In this document: positions 46,719-60,501 of the stretch, piece after piece
Layout of the letters: every line of letters starts with the position of its first letter
Position numbering within the stretch: the first letter of the stretch is position 1
DNA from: Chrysomallon squamiferum
Taxonomy: Eukaryota; Animalia; Mollusca
Reading direction: 5' to 3'
Length of the DNA stretch: 64,000 bases
Assembly (NCBI GenBank): GCA_012295275.1
Contig: CM022671.1
Span: forward strand, 1,860,001-1,924,000
Notes under the pieces: model-generated
The model's input: the letters and a program-made list of their open reading frames with translations, nothing else
Databases searched by the model: none
What the model was told of the DNA's origin: nothing
Position numbers and translations under genes: made by a program

Positions 46719-49700
46719 AATAAAATCAAAAAAAAATTTAAAAAATAAAATAAAACAAAAAACAAATTAAAAAAACAACAAAAAAAATTAACAAAGTAAA
46801 ATCAAATAAACAACAAAACAAATTAACAAAAAAATCAAATATAAAAAATAAAATGAAATGAAATGAAAAAAAAAAAAAAATTATTAAAAAAATTAGATTA
46901 ATAAAGTGAAGTAAAATATATTACAAATATAAAAAATAAAACAAAATAAATAACCAAATAAATTAAGACTTTTTTTTATAAGATTTTTAAATACAGTCAG
47001 TCTTTTGTTAATGTAAAAGCTTTCTTTCTCTTTCTTTGTTTATATATAAATTTTATGTATGTGTTTTTTTATTCATATGTTTAAGAATTGTAATGTTAAA
47101 AAATAAAAATAAAGTTAAAACATGAGACATTACATTTCATGTGTATTCCACAAATTTACCAGTCAGAGAGAAAATAGTTATTAGCTATTTGTGTAAAACT
47201 CTGTTTAACATATCAAGTGAATAGTGACAAGTCACTGCAATGTTACAGTTGCATATTCAAACTTTCACACCTGAAAAATTATTTTATGAAATTTTAGTTA
47301 AGTCTCATTTCTTCTAATACCTTGCCCACTAATTAGCACCTGCAGTTTTAATTAAGCTCATTAATAATGAAGACTTACCTGTTGTCTGAGGTAGTGGTTT
47401 TCATTTCTGAGTATTTTAATTTCTCTCTTCAAACTCAGAATAAGCTTTTCTCTAGGATCCTATAGTGAAAACAGACATTAAAAGTAACACAAGTGACTTA
47501 ATTACAGTTTAATTCTTAATCTTCTGTTTTTTCAGTTTACATATATGTGGATATTTAATAGATTATTTAAATGATGGAGAACAGCATATTTTTGGTGGAT
47601 GTAAATAATTATATTTTTTTAATGTGATGAGTTTTACTGCAAAGATTTAAAAAAATAAAGAATACATATATAAATAAATAACACAAAATAAAATGAAATG
47701 AAATAAAATAAAATAAAATAAAATTTTTAATAATAAAAAATGTGTGAACTTGGTATGTCTACCTCTGAAATTAAATAGTACTTCTATACAATAAATACAA
47801 AATAAAAATTAGCTATTTAACATGTAAATAATTTCATATATAAACCAGTGCACATAAATATATCTGACAGTTACAAGGGATAATGAATTTCTGTGGAACT
47901 GTTTCCACTCTCACCATTTTGACAGCAGGTTTTGTTTTGATTTTCTTTGCCCGACTTGCATACCTCAGTGTGTTCATTGTTTCTGTGACATTGTACGAAG
48001 ATGGGGTGATGCATGTTATCTGAAATCACAGGTCAAACCATTCAAACATAACCTCCTCTGTTAACATGACAATTTAAAAAAATATACATATATACATATA
48101 TTGTTTGAATAATAACTTCTCTGCAAACCAATATTGTTAGAATACTAATTTCTATATCCTCCTCATATCACATTATAATTTTACTTATACGATGAAATAA
48201 AATGCAGTAAAATAATTTCTGCATAATCTCCTGCATTAGTTTATATGTTATTATTTTTAAGAATTTACGAATGCAGTGAAACCATCACCTGTGAAATAAT
48301 GATTTCTGAATAATCTTCACATTAATATTAATGTATAATTTAAATAAAAATAAAAATTATACAGTGAAACAAAATAATATTTTTATATCATCTCCAGCAT
48401 TAGTTTATATGTTTTAATTTTCCAACATTCATTTGTAGTGTGAAACCAATTAAACTGGGTGTTGTGAACACAAACAGTTTAAAATCAGACATGTTACATT
48501 TTGTTTTACGCAGTTTTGAGCACTAACGTTAATCCCTTCTCTGAACACAAAACAAAGTAAAAGGTGTATTCTCTTCATGTAAAACTAATTTCACCTCTGA
48601 AAACTTAACAATCACAATAGGTTTTGGAAATATTTGTAGCCAGTTGTGATACTTACATCCTTACAGACAATATGCAGTATAGGGTGATATGTTGGGTGTG
48701 GTAGGGGTGGGCATCTGTTAAACTATTATCTGATTACCTTCAGTTACCCCAACATAACTCCATGTCTCTTAATTAACGTCTTTATGTTTGTAATAGAAAT
48801 TACTTGTACAGTAATGGGAATTAACTCTTTCCAAATATTTATTTCTTTTTCTATTTAATGACTGTATAGAAGAAAATAATGAAGCAACAATTAATTAAAA
48901 TCAAATTAAATGTAATTTAGCTGAGATTAAACATTATTTAGCTGTTAATTACGTGAATGATGAAATGAAAATAGTAATGCTATTTTAGTAAAGTCCCATT
49001 TAACTTTACATTTAACTTGATCAAGTAAGTGTTTGGTTTGGTTTCACTGTACATAATAATACCATCGATAGATTTATTTAAAGTTATTTTAATCAAATTT
49101 ACATTCACATAAATTTAACAAGAAAAATCTTATAAATAAGATTAAAAGATCAGATAAAAAAGAATAAAAAATTAAATTAATGCAAAATGTTAGCTGTAAT
49201 AATAATGTACAAGTACCATATTACATGGCATAAAATATCAGTATACCTAAACTGAGATAGCAACCCAACCATTTATTATGGTGAATAAAAAAAAAAGAAA
49301 TCATTAAATATTCTCATATTAATTTCATTTTTATTACTTTCAATAAATAATGTATCAACATACTTTAAAAGTAAATTTGTTACACATACAGTTTACTTGT
49401 TCAGATGGCTAGATGTGTGATATTTTTACATATCAATATAAAATCTTAATGGAAATCATTTTTAAATGTCAAGACTTCATATCAGGCATAAAATTTTATG
49501 AAGCACTGAAAAAGACTGGGTAAATGTAAATAAGAAAAAAAAAAACCCCCAAAACCCCAAGAAATATTTCAATATAAAAAACTGGACTACAGAATATGTC
49601 CAGTATTTAAAAAGGTCATTGAAAGATAATAAATAGTTGTTTAAATTATTGATCTGGTATTTCCTAACTTTCACACATTGTATAACTGGAACTCCACCAC

Positions 49701-52700
49701 ACTCATATGTAACAGTTGTAACAGATTAAAATTAAATGATATTTATTAAAATTCTAATAAAATTTTAAAAAAATGTATTTATTCATTAATGTTTTAACCG
49801 CCCAAACTCTGAAGAAAGAGAAACAGAACTTCTTTCTTTCTACGTATCTGTTTGTGGATTACATGTTATAACACACTGCGCATCCTCCTACAGCAGACAG
49901 TCAAATGTCCACTGCTAGGTGTTAATACCAACCACTGCCTTAGAGCAAAGTATTCAGTCACAATCAAATTAAATAAAGTTTTTTTCTCTCTTTGCCATTA
50001 GGATAGTTGAATAAAATTCCTTCTTTTTCTTCTTCATGATTTGTTTTTTTTGTTTAAAAAAGAGTTTATCATATCATTATCACATTTTGATATAAAAAAT
50101 TTAAGATTTTTTTTTCTGTTGAAATGTTATCATTTTTTAAAAGCTGGTTTTATTTCAGGGGCAAGCATTTAATTTTTTTTTTTACATAAAATGTTTTGTT
50201 AGGTTTATAAAATGTTTTATGTTTTGATTTACTGCAGATAAAAAACTGTGTGTAACTGATCATGTGTTTAGATTATGTATGCACAGAAGCCATTTTCATT
50301 CCTATCACAGAAGCTGTATTATTTACAGATGTTTATACATAATGTATGACAATTAATCACTGATTTGAAATATAAAAAAGGAGTAACTATTACAGTGTAC
50401 ACTAACTTTAACTGTATTTCTTCTTTCATTTTATTAGTCTGGCAAGAAGAAATTGATAATTTTATTTTCAAAACATTTTCTTGATCAGACTTTCACTTCA
50501 AAATGAAGATTTATTCATGAACTATAAACTTCACTTCAATTTGAAGATTTATTCATGAACTGTAAACTTCACTTCAAACTGAAGATTTATTCATGAACTG
50601 TAAACTTCACTTCAAACTGAAGATTTATTCATGAACTATAAACTTCACTTCAAACTGAAGATTTATTCATGGACTGTAAACTTCACTTCAAACTGAAGAT
50701 TTCTTCGTGAACTGTAAACTTGAAACTGAAGATTTATTCATGAACAGTAAACTGTAAACTTGAAACTGAAGATTTCTTTGTGAAGTGTAAACTTGAAAAT
50801 GAAGTTGTAAGAGTTTTACCATCAGAGTGACGCCGTTTCCCCCGAGGCTGTCAGCGAGCAGCTTCGTCAGTTTGCTGTCTCTGTACGGAATGTGTCCCTG
50901 TCTGCGCTTTGCGTCTCCCAGGTGAGAAATACAGTTACCTGTACAAACACACAATACAAATAACCAACTAAAACAGTAAATGAGATAAATAAAAAAATTT
51001 AAAATTAATAAAATAAATAAATAAACAAACAAAAAAAGACAAATGAATAAAATACAGATTAATTCATCTAGCTTTGACTATTAAAAACTTAGAGAAAAGC
51101 TAAACTACACAGCACAAAATTTCAAAAAGTGTTAGCAGTAGTAATTGGTTTTATCTTCTGCTGCTGTAAAAATCACATTTGTTTTATAAATAAAGTTCAT
51201 GTTAAACTCAGTCTAAATAAGATAAGATGTAAGGCTTAAAAAATGAATAATAAAATGAATGAATGAATGAATGAATGAATAAAACCAACCAAAAGAAAGG
51301 ATATTATATCAGAGCACTTATTAAAAACACCCTTTAACAAATAATGTTCATGTTAAAGTCTGTCTGAATCGGTGAAATGATTCCAATCAGTGTGTTTTGT
51401 TGTGAAGAGATTTTTCTCATGATAACAGCAGTGTTTTAAAAAACAAATCTCTGGCTTTCAGACTGAACAATAGAAAATATAATAAATAGAAAACAAACTT
51501 TCAAAGACAAACAACAAGAAAGAGAAAAGGAATTGAAAAGAGAGAGAAGAAAATAGAATTTCTATTGTTATATAACAGCAGCAATTTTTATATTTAAATT
51601 TATTATTGGAGTTATTTCTTTCAGACATTTTAAAAAATTTCTTTCAGTAAAATGTAATTTACATATGTTTAAAAGAAAATACTTTAAAACTTTTTTGTTA
51701 AAGTAAAATACAAAATAACATAAATATAACAAAATGATTAAAATAAAATTACGATATATTATACAACTAAAATAAAATTTAAATATATAAAAGTGTCTGA
51801 ACCAGTTTTTTTCAACCTCTGGTCCCCCCACCCCCACTGATTTTCAAAACAGTAGACTGTCCAACCAAGACTGGAGACACTACAGACAGATTTAAGATTT
51901 ATTTACATACTTTATAACATTATGTATTCAAAACACTTGATTAAATATGGTGAAGCAGTTTTTGGTTATGATTCTGAGCCACCAGTCACAGATTCAAACT
52001 TATGAAAATTTGAAACTGCAAAGCTATGAAAGTGATCATAATATTGTATTGATTAATTAATTTCTCTACCAAAATACTGTGATGTCTGACATAATGGAAT
52101 GTGCACCCACCCTTAAGAAACACTGATTTAAAGTGTTTGTACATATCAAACTAAACCTTTACCAGCACTAGTCAAACAAGTTCAAAGCATTAATTAGTAC
52201 TGAATGAACTCCTGCATATAGAGTTACTTCTATTGCCACTTGTTTAGAAGGGTTTAAAACATATTAATAATGAAAACAAAAGAAGATAAATGACTCATGT
52301 TAATATTGAAAAATACATAGAATAGTAAATATGCAAGTTTTAAACAAATGCAGAATGTCTTAAACTTCTTTCAAAACAAAGGTTTTCTTATGTTGTCTTT
52401 TATTTGTTTGTTTATTTCATAATTATTTTATATTGTTTATCTGAAAATATTTCTTCAGAGCAAAGGTTTATCATTTATTTATTTATTTGTAAGACTAATT
52501 TAAGCTCTGATTCAACATTTTACTGTAATATTTCAGTAATAAACTATAATAACTATTTTGTTAAAATTAAAATCATGAAATGTTTTTCACAAAATAGAGA
52601 AGTATGAAATAGATGTTTAAATTTATATTCAATTTAAGAGGGATAAAAACAATTTTTAAACAGTTCAGATTATTCAAATATCTTTCATTTTACTGTTATT

Positions 52701-53524
52701 ATGATTGTTATTGTTGTTAATAATTCTTACAGCTTCTATTATTATTAATACTACTACAATTACTGCTACCACTATGACTACTACTACCACTACTACTACT
52801 GCTATCACTACTACTACTACTTTTAGTACAGGTATCATTATTATCTATTCAAATAAATTATTTGTCATCTCTAGCAGCCAGCTGAAACTGAAAAGTTAAA
52901 CAAGTCCAAAATTTACAAACACTAAATACAGGTACATTGTAAACAAAGTCCAATAAACATTTTACCTGTCAACAAACATTTCCAAAGAATTTATAAAACA
53001 AAAACTTTCAAATATTCTTTCTCTATAATCTATGTGTTATTCAGTATATTATACCATAGAGGTCACTGCTATCCATATTAAATAACATTTCAAAAAAAAA
53101 AAAAAAAAAAAAAGAGAATTTTTCAACGCAAACAGCAAATTGCTTTTTACCCTTTCTTTGTTTGAGTTCTCACAAAGAATGTGTTCACAATGGCTGTCAG
53201 CTTGTTATGTACAACTTGAATAACAACAACAACACCAGCTTGACTTTGTGGAAATTTGTGTGCTGGTCTTTGATTGGGTTTGACGTGCTGTTTATGATGA
53301 ATTATTTAATGAAAATTAGTTGTGTAAACAGTTCACTGTAAGAAAGTGACAGTTCAAGTGAGACTGAGCTGGTTGTAAACACTGTTTAGTGAACTGTGTG
53401 TAGTCACTGTTTAGTGACCATTAGCTCTTAATGTTTGTTTTAGTGTCAGTAAACAAAATTTATTTATTGTTTTCTCACAGGAAGCTGCTATTGTTGAGTT
53501 ATATGTTTGTATGCATTCATATAT

Positions 53525-53560
<36 letters not shown>

Positions 53561-56386
53561 AAGGGCGGAGTTTATTGAACAATTTAATTTTAATATATTT
53601 ATGTAGATATCACTTTGTAAAAAATACACAACTGAGTGTGTAAAATCTATCACTTTCTATTCTCAGAAATAACAAAATATATTGAAAAATAAAGAATAAA
53701 ACACACACATACACAAAAACAAAAAAATATATATAAAAATAAAAAAATATATATATTGAAAAATAAATAAATAAAATAAGAAAAAAAGAAAAAATTAGAT
53801 AACAAAATTATTAGCATTTTTAATAAATTTTGTTTTCAGCAAAAATCATGTTAAACTAATTTACACTAAGCTTTTTCTTTTCATTTTTATATTTTTCTAA
53901 TATTTTATCAATATTATTATTATTGTTGTTGTTGTTGTTATTATTTTATTATTCTTACTGCTGATGCCATTATTATTATTACTGTTATCATTAGTATTAT
54001 TTTTATTATTATTATAACTATCATCATCATCATCATCATAATCAAAAATGAAAATATTAATTAAATTAATTAAAAACTGTTGTTAATAATGATTTGAAAT
54101 TACTGATACAAATTTTGATTAGTGCATACATGTTACAGTGTGGTTTATAAAAAAATAAATGAATAATGATTTCATAGATAAGAAATATTATAATACATAA
54201 TAATTATAATACATGCTGATTACAGCTTATTAAATATTAATAGACTAATTTGTGTCTATTTTATTTTTCTTGTAATTATCTCAAAGATCTGAAGCTTTTG
54301 CAGAAAATTCCATCTGAAAACTCTACATCCCATGGATATCTAACATAATGTACTATTAGTGGATTTTGACTCATTTAATACAAGGCTTATTCAACTATAA
54401 AATGATTTTTATATTAAATGTTAACATAGGATAAAACAAAAATTCCTCAAAGACTGAGTATTCAACTAATTGAACTGACCAGCCCTGTAAGTCAATATTA
54501 TTAAATGTCAACAGGTGCATCATTTTTCTTCAGTATATGTAGTTATGTATGTATGTATGTTTGTCTGTTTGTCTGGGTGTGTGTTTGTGGGTATATGAAA
54601 CTAAAGCTGTGTATACAGAGTAACAAATATATAATCAAATAAAATACTAATAAAATTATTGTAAACTATTGTTAAATCTTTAACTTTTACTGAAATGTAC
54701 CAGTGATAACAAGGTTAAATATTAAACATAAATATGTGGTTAAAGTTTTATGCAAGCAAACTAATTTTAATAAAAATACCATTATGGTGATTAAACATAC
54801 AAACTAAAAACATTTGCTGTTGTTTTATTATAAATACATTTTGATTATCTTAACTGCAGTTATGTATTACATATACAAATACAATGAGTAAATTGTTTGT
54901 TAATATATTTCTTTTGTTTATATTTATCATTTTCTTGTTTTGTTTGACATTGGTAAATGTGTAAATGTTTTATTCTTGTGAACATTTTCTGATTTACAAA
55001 AAAGTAAAGTTTCTGGGTAAAGCATGCTCACCTAAAACCAGCAGACTTTTGTTGATGCTGTTTGACTCAGACATAACCCCTGGGCCAAGATTCTGATCTT
55101 TGACTTTTTCACTGCCTGCAAAATAAATAAAATAAAGTTAAAAAGGGATTTATAAAAAAAAAAAAAAAAACACCAACAAAACCCAACTTCAAATTATAAT
55201 AATAATGAAAAAAAAAATGAAAAATAAAAATAACAATAATAAAAGTAATAAATAAATAAATAAATAAAAATAACAATTTATAAAAAATAAAAACTGATTA
55301 TTAATAAAAAAAAGTTAATAAAGAATTTCAAAACAGACAAAACAAAGTAAAATAGCAAATAAAACTTAAAAATAAGACAATAAGTAATATATAAAAAATT
55401 AGAAATAAATAATAAATAATAAATAAATAATAAGTAAATAAATATTATAAATTAATAAATAACAATTAAAAAAAAAAAAATGAAAGACAAAATTTAATAA
55501 GTGAAGTAAAATGTTAAAATAATAAAATAAAAAAAATAAAAAAAAAAATATATGAATATAATAAATAAATAAAAAATATAGAAAGAAAGAAAAAAAATAT
55601 TTAATAATAAAATGAATAAATAAATATGATAAAAATGAAAAGAAACGACATGAAATAAATAAAAGTAAAAAAAACAACAACCCCAAAACCCCAACAAAAC
55701 AAAATAAAAAATATAATTAAAAAATCAATTATTTGATAAAGTGATTTAAAAAATAAAAAAAAACACCAAAATAAACATTATTTGTTTTCCTAAATAAATA
55801 TGCATGTAAGAACTGAAGAGTGAGAGGATTGTTTTAAACACTTTTCCCTTCCTGCTCAGCAGTAAGAGTTACTGTTCCTACTCAGATTACATGTTGCTTA
55901 CTTCAACTTGTTTTACATTTCTCTAAACCATGAAATATAGTTTTGAAATAAATATAAGTAGAATGAACTGTAAAATATTTCTGATTTAAAAAGATAAAAA
56001 TATAAATATAAAAAAGCTCAATTAAATAAATAAATAAGTAATGAAACAAATAAACAATAAACAAAAATAATAGTGGAAAAAAGCAACAAATAAAATAGTC
56101 ATTCCAAGTCAAAAATAAAAAAATCTAAATAAATAAAAATATAGCATGTAAAAATCTGAAGGAAAAAAAAAAATCTAAATAAAAGTAATAAATAAACAAC
56201 ATTAGTAATGAAGCAGACAGCACATACCGGCGAGATCGACAAAGGAGAGTTTGCCTCGCTTGGTGATGTAGAGGTTTTCGTCGTCGGGGTCGGGGCACTC
56301 AGAGTCGATGGTTACGGTGAGCATGCTGTGACTTCTGCTCGAGAACTCATTGAGTCCATGTGACCCAGTCTGTCGGTTCCGCAGCC
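39709..56386 (-). CDS. KIF12: Kinesin-like protein KIF12 (kinesin-16 type): C-terminal half of motor, neck coiled coil and Pro-rich tail; 13 exons visible
   Basis: Exons (minus): 56386-56228 ([20 protein letters not shown]...KLSFVDLA, switch I), 55115-55032 (GSEKVKD...SINKSLLVL, completes switch II), 50938-50820 ([25 protein letters not shown]), 48019-47915 (ITCITPS...[16 protein letters not shown]), 47459-47379 ([21 protein letters not shown]), 46651-46564, 46122-46068 ([16 protein letters not shown], resembling the KIF12 coiled coil as I recall it), 45883-45776, 45202-45049, 44650-44520, 44270-44161, 43900-43850, 39839-39709 (stop TGA). All are GT-AG and phase-compatible. Small tail exons may have been missed. 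Confidence 0.88.
42462..42820. repeat. (AAT)n-rich low-complexity tract
   Basis: Multiple AAT/AAC runs in a KIF12 intron; a similar run lies at 41915-42035. Confidence 0.9.
50490..50805. repeat. 38-bp minisatellite (~6 full plus ~3 shortened copies) next to a KIF12 splice donor
   Basis: Unit AAACTTCACTTCAAACTGAAGATTTATTCATGAACTGT. Confidence 0.95.
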
Positions 56387-56390
56387 CTGC

Positions 56391-56640
56391 AAGTAAGTAA
56401 GTAAATAAGTAAGTAAGTATTTAAGTAAGTAAGTTAGTAAGTAAGTAAGTTAGTAAGTAAGTAACTGAGTAAGTGAGTAAGTTAGTAAGTTAGTAAATAA
56501 GTAAGCTAGTAAGTAAGTAAATAGGTTAGTAAGTAAGTGAGTAAGTAAGTTAGTAAGTTAATAAGTAAGTAAGTTAGTAAAACAAGTTAGTAAGTAAGTA
56601 AATCAAACAAGTTAATAAGTAAGTTAGTAAAACAAGTTAG
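56391..56640. repeat. Degenerate (TAAG/TTAG)n satellite directly upstream of the KIF12 switch-I exon acceptor
   Basis: Run of GTAA/GTTA tetramers that reads (CTTA/CTAA)n on the transcribed strand. Confidence 0.9.
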
Positions 56641-59600
56641 ACATAAATCAATCAGAAATCAATAAATAATTATAAAAAAGATATTAGTAAAATTAATAAA
56701 AAAATAAATCTACCAAAAATAAATAAATAAATAAATAAATAATCAATGAATTATTAATTTATAACAGACCACAATGGTTTCTGATAAGATTACATTCTTA
56801 TTGAAAATATTGTGTAACAGGCAGTTAAACATTTAAAATCAGAAGTTATAGTGTCTGTTACGTTTTATGTCACATCAAAACACTTTCATTTAATAACAAG
56901 CAGGTAGCCATTACTCAGATCAACAGAAATAAACAAATCTATACAAATACATAAACCTGTTATTTTTATATCAATATCAAAGTCATTTACATGCATTTGA
57001 AAAAGAAGTAGATTTGATACGTGTTAACTGAATTTGTTCTAAAGCCTCTGAAAATCTTGTATTTTGAACTAATCTTTGGTCAAGTAATAATAATGACTGT
57101 TCTGTGGTTTTACAATCAGGAATTCTGTCCATGGAACTGTTAAATATTAGGCACCAGTCTCAGTCAACATCTACCATAACAAAGTAAGAACCAGTCTGTT
57201 TTCAAATATGGAAAATAAATGATAATGATAAGTGTGAATAGAAAAAAGAAGTAATGATTATCATTTTTATAATTTAATTTTTCATTTTCAAAATGTTTAT
57301 GTTATTTTTACTGTACTTCCTAAAGATTATGTTTTTTGACAAAAGTTTTTTTTTTTTTTTCAGTTACCCTGATACAGATTATCAGAAAATATCAGATATT
57401 TCTTTAAATGCTGAATGTAATAAAACTTGAATATGATAGGCATTTAATACAAGAAATATTAACTGACAATTTTGAATTTCTTGTATACAATACAATTATT
57501 AATTATTATTTATTATCATCATGTGAATTCATGCAGATGATTATGTTCCATGTAGTCCCATGAGAAAAAAGCCCAGAGTAGACATTTTATTATTTTCATT
57601 AGCAACAAGAAATAATTTTATATCCACAACCTTTAATAAACCAGTCATGAAAAATATGCTAGATTGGGAAATAATGCATATAGCAAGACAGATTTAAAAA
57701 TGAGTTTTAACACAATGTGTGTATATCATACAACTGCCCCTCCTCATCCAACCCCCCCAAAGACCTGCACATTTGTTGTTTAGCAAGACATTGAAGAAAA
57801 CATGAATGCAATACTGCCAGAGTAACAACTCTGTTGTATTACTGATTTTAATTTCAATAAATCTTTGATATAAATATTTATTATTCAGCACATGATGACT
57901 TCAGTAATTGTGATAAATTGCTATTTTTTTTTTAAATAAAGAACAATATTTTAAAGAATAATAATAATTTCTGAATAATAAATAGGGTGACTGCAAGAAT
58001 TCTAAAATGTTTTTTCCTAAACATCATAAACAAGTGGAAAAACTAGAATGCACACAAACTTCAGTTTTCACTGATAACATTTTTTAACCAATTTTGCTTA
58101 AAGTTATGAAACTTCCTTTTATAAAATTTAAAGGATCAGTTCACCATACTAGAATCAATGAGTTATATTCCAATCCAGTCAGTGCTCCATTTGTCAGTGA
58201 ACATAATATTTGCTCTCCTTTCTATGGAAAGGTGCACATAAAAGATATTTTACTGCTTGCTAAAAATAAAGAATAGCCCTTGGAGTGTTATTAAGATGCT
58301 TCTTCTATCAAAACATCAATAACACCATATATATGACACATACTGATCATTAATAATGAAAATATGTTAATGCATTATTTTATAACTCAACACTTTAGAT
58401 AAATATTGAAACTCAAAACTAGACAAAATAAACAAAAAAAAAAAAAAAAAAAAAAAGAAAGAAAGAAAAAAGAAAGCCAATTGTTACTGATATTAGCATA
58501 CATGAACATGATAAAATATTAGAGATTTGACACAAAATACATAATTTCTAGTATTTACTTAGGGATAAGATTACTGTCAGTGGTGTCTAAACACTGGTAA
58601 CAAGAGTTTACTCAGTACAAGATATCATGTTATAGACACACTGCTTTTCTACACAGTTTAATTTTATAACAAAAAATACCAACAATACTTGACATTTAAC
58701 ATTATTGTATTGCAAATACCATGCATTGTTGAACATGCTAATTTGTGAGCTGAGTATATCCACAATAACAGATATATCTCAGTGTCAAGGTAGTATTGTA
58801 AATATGTACCAACTTGTTTTTGTTGTACATTAAAGAACAGATTTATGAATAGAATAATTAAATAAACACACAGAGATGTACACATATACACAAATATACA
58901 CTCATACACAACAAGCACAAATATTTAAATAAACACACACACAGAAACACACACAGACATATCAACAGTCACAAACACATCCACACATTCAGGTTGATAG
59001 GCTACTATATTTGTAATGGAGACTGATACACATAAATGCCTCTGTGTGTGTGTATATGTGTAAGTAGGTGTGCTTACTGCTTATTGCTATGGTCACTTAC
59101 ATGTATGTTTATTTATTACACACTTATTCAAAGTATTATAAAGTATTGAAATTGTCTTCTTATCTTAAACTTTATTTCACAAGTTAAATAAAGCCACAGC
59201 AGATAATCCTTAATAACCATTCATATATTAATGTATATTTATTTCTATACCTTATATTAACATATTCTTTCACCTGTATGATTCTATTGATACAGCCTAC
59301 ATCAATCTTAATAATTAGAAATCCATACAGGTGTATGAATGTTATTAATACAATCATTTTGAATGTGCCAATAACGAATGGATTTGGCGTAAATAGAAGT
59401 TAATACAGAGATATTTATGTATATATAATACATGTATATTAAAAACTGTATAACTGGAGGTGTGACAATCTTAGTGTATTAAATTCACATAATACAAAAG
59501 TGAAAGAAGCTACAGTTATTATAATTTATTTAATGAAGCAAAAAAGATTTCTTGTAATTATTTTATGCTTACAGAAGAATCAATAAATCAATAAATTAAT

Positions 59601-59675
59601 AAAAAAATTAACAAATCAACAAATAAATAAATAAATACATTAATAAATAAATAAATAAACATACAAACAAACAAA

Positions 59676-59710
<35 letters not shown>

Positions 59711-60501
59711 ATAGTAATGATAATAATGCTACTACTAATAATAAAACTTAGTTTTCATTCTTGTTCTTTCTAACAACAATAACAAAAAAAGAAAGTAAAA
59801 GAATGGCAACTGTCCAAAAATGGAGAAAAAAAGTCTTGTATTTGTGATTCAGATTCATGGATTAACCTATTTTTATTTTATTTTGCTTGTACATGTTTTG
59901 AAGTATTTTGACATGGGAAAACAAGAAAAAAGTAATATAAAGTGTCTGTATAATTTATTTATTCAAAGAAGAAATATTTCTTAAATGGAAGAACTGATAA
60001 ATCAGTTCTCTAAGTAAAATAACCTGCAGTTTATATTTGTTACATATTTACCAATACTGTTATCATGGTGTAGGTGTTTGTAATTAATGAGTATTTTATA
60101 CGTAGGTAAAAATGAATCTTGAAATTCTTGTTATTTATCTTTCTAATAACATATAAAACTTTTGTGAAATTTCGTTGTACGTTTATTTATTTTGTTGTTT
60201 TGTAATGATGATCTTCAACTATAGGAAAAATTTATCATATATTTGGAAATATATTATCATGTAATACTAAAATATCAGTTATTATCTTTTCTTTATCTTT
60301 TTCTTTTGATTTTTTAAAAATAGAATTATTGATGTATTTCTGATTACAGGTGTACTTGCTGATTTTGTTTGTGTAACTGAAATGTAGTATGTGTGTATGT
60401 GTGCATGTATGTAAGTGTGTATTTATGTATATTTGTATGTGTGTTTGTTTATATATGTGTGTGTGTGTAAAAACTTAATGTTTTCCTTAACCTAAATTTA
60501 C

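Noticed and set aside
50490-50805. Palindromic 38-bp repeats as a CRISPR array
   Set aside because: No spacers; a simple minisatellite.
58145-58221. Possible extra KIF12 exon (AG...GT bounded, minus strand)
   Set aside because: It has a stop in the phase-1 frame, the open frame is phase-incompatible, and it has no kinesin motifs.
60449-60501. C-terminal extension of the 488-aa ORF (KFRLRKTLSFYTHTHI)
   Set aside because: It runs past a good donor into AT-rich/(CA)n sequence and is most likely intronic.
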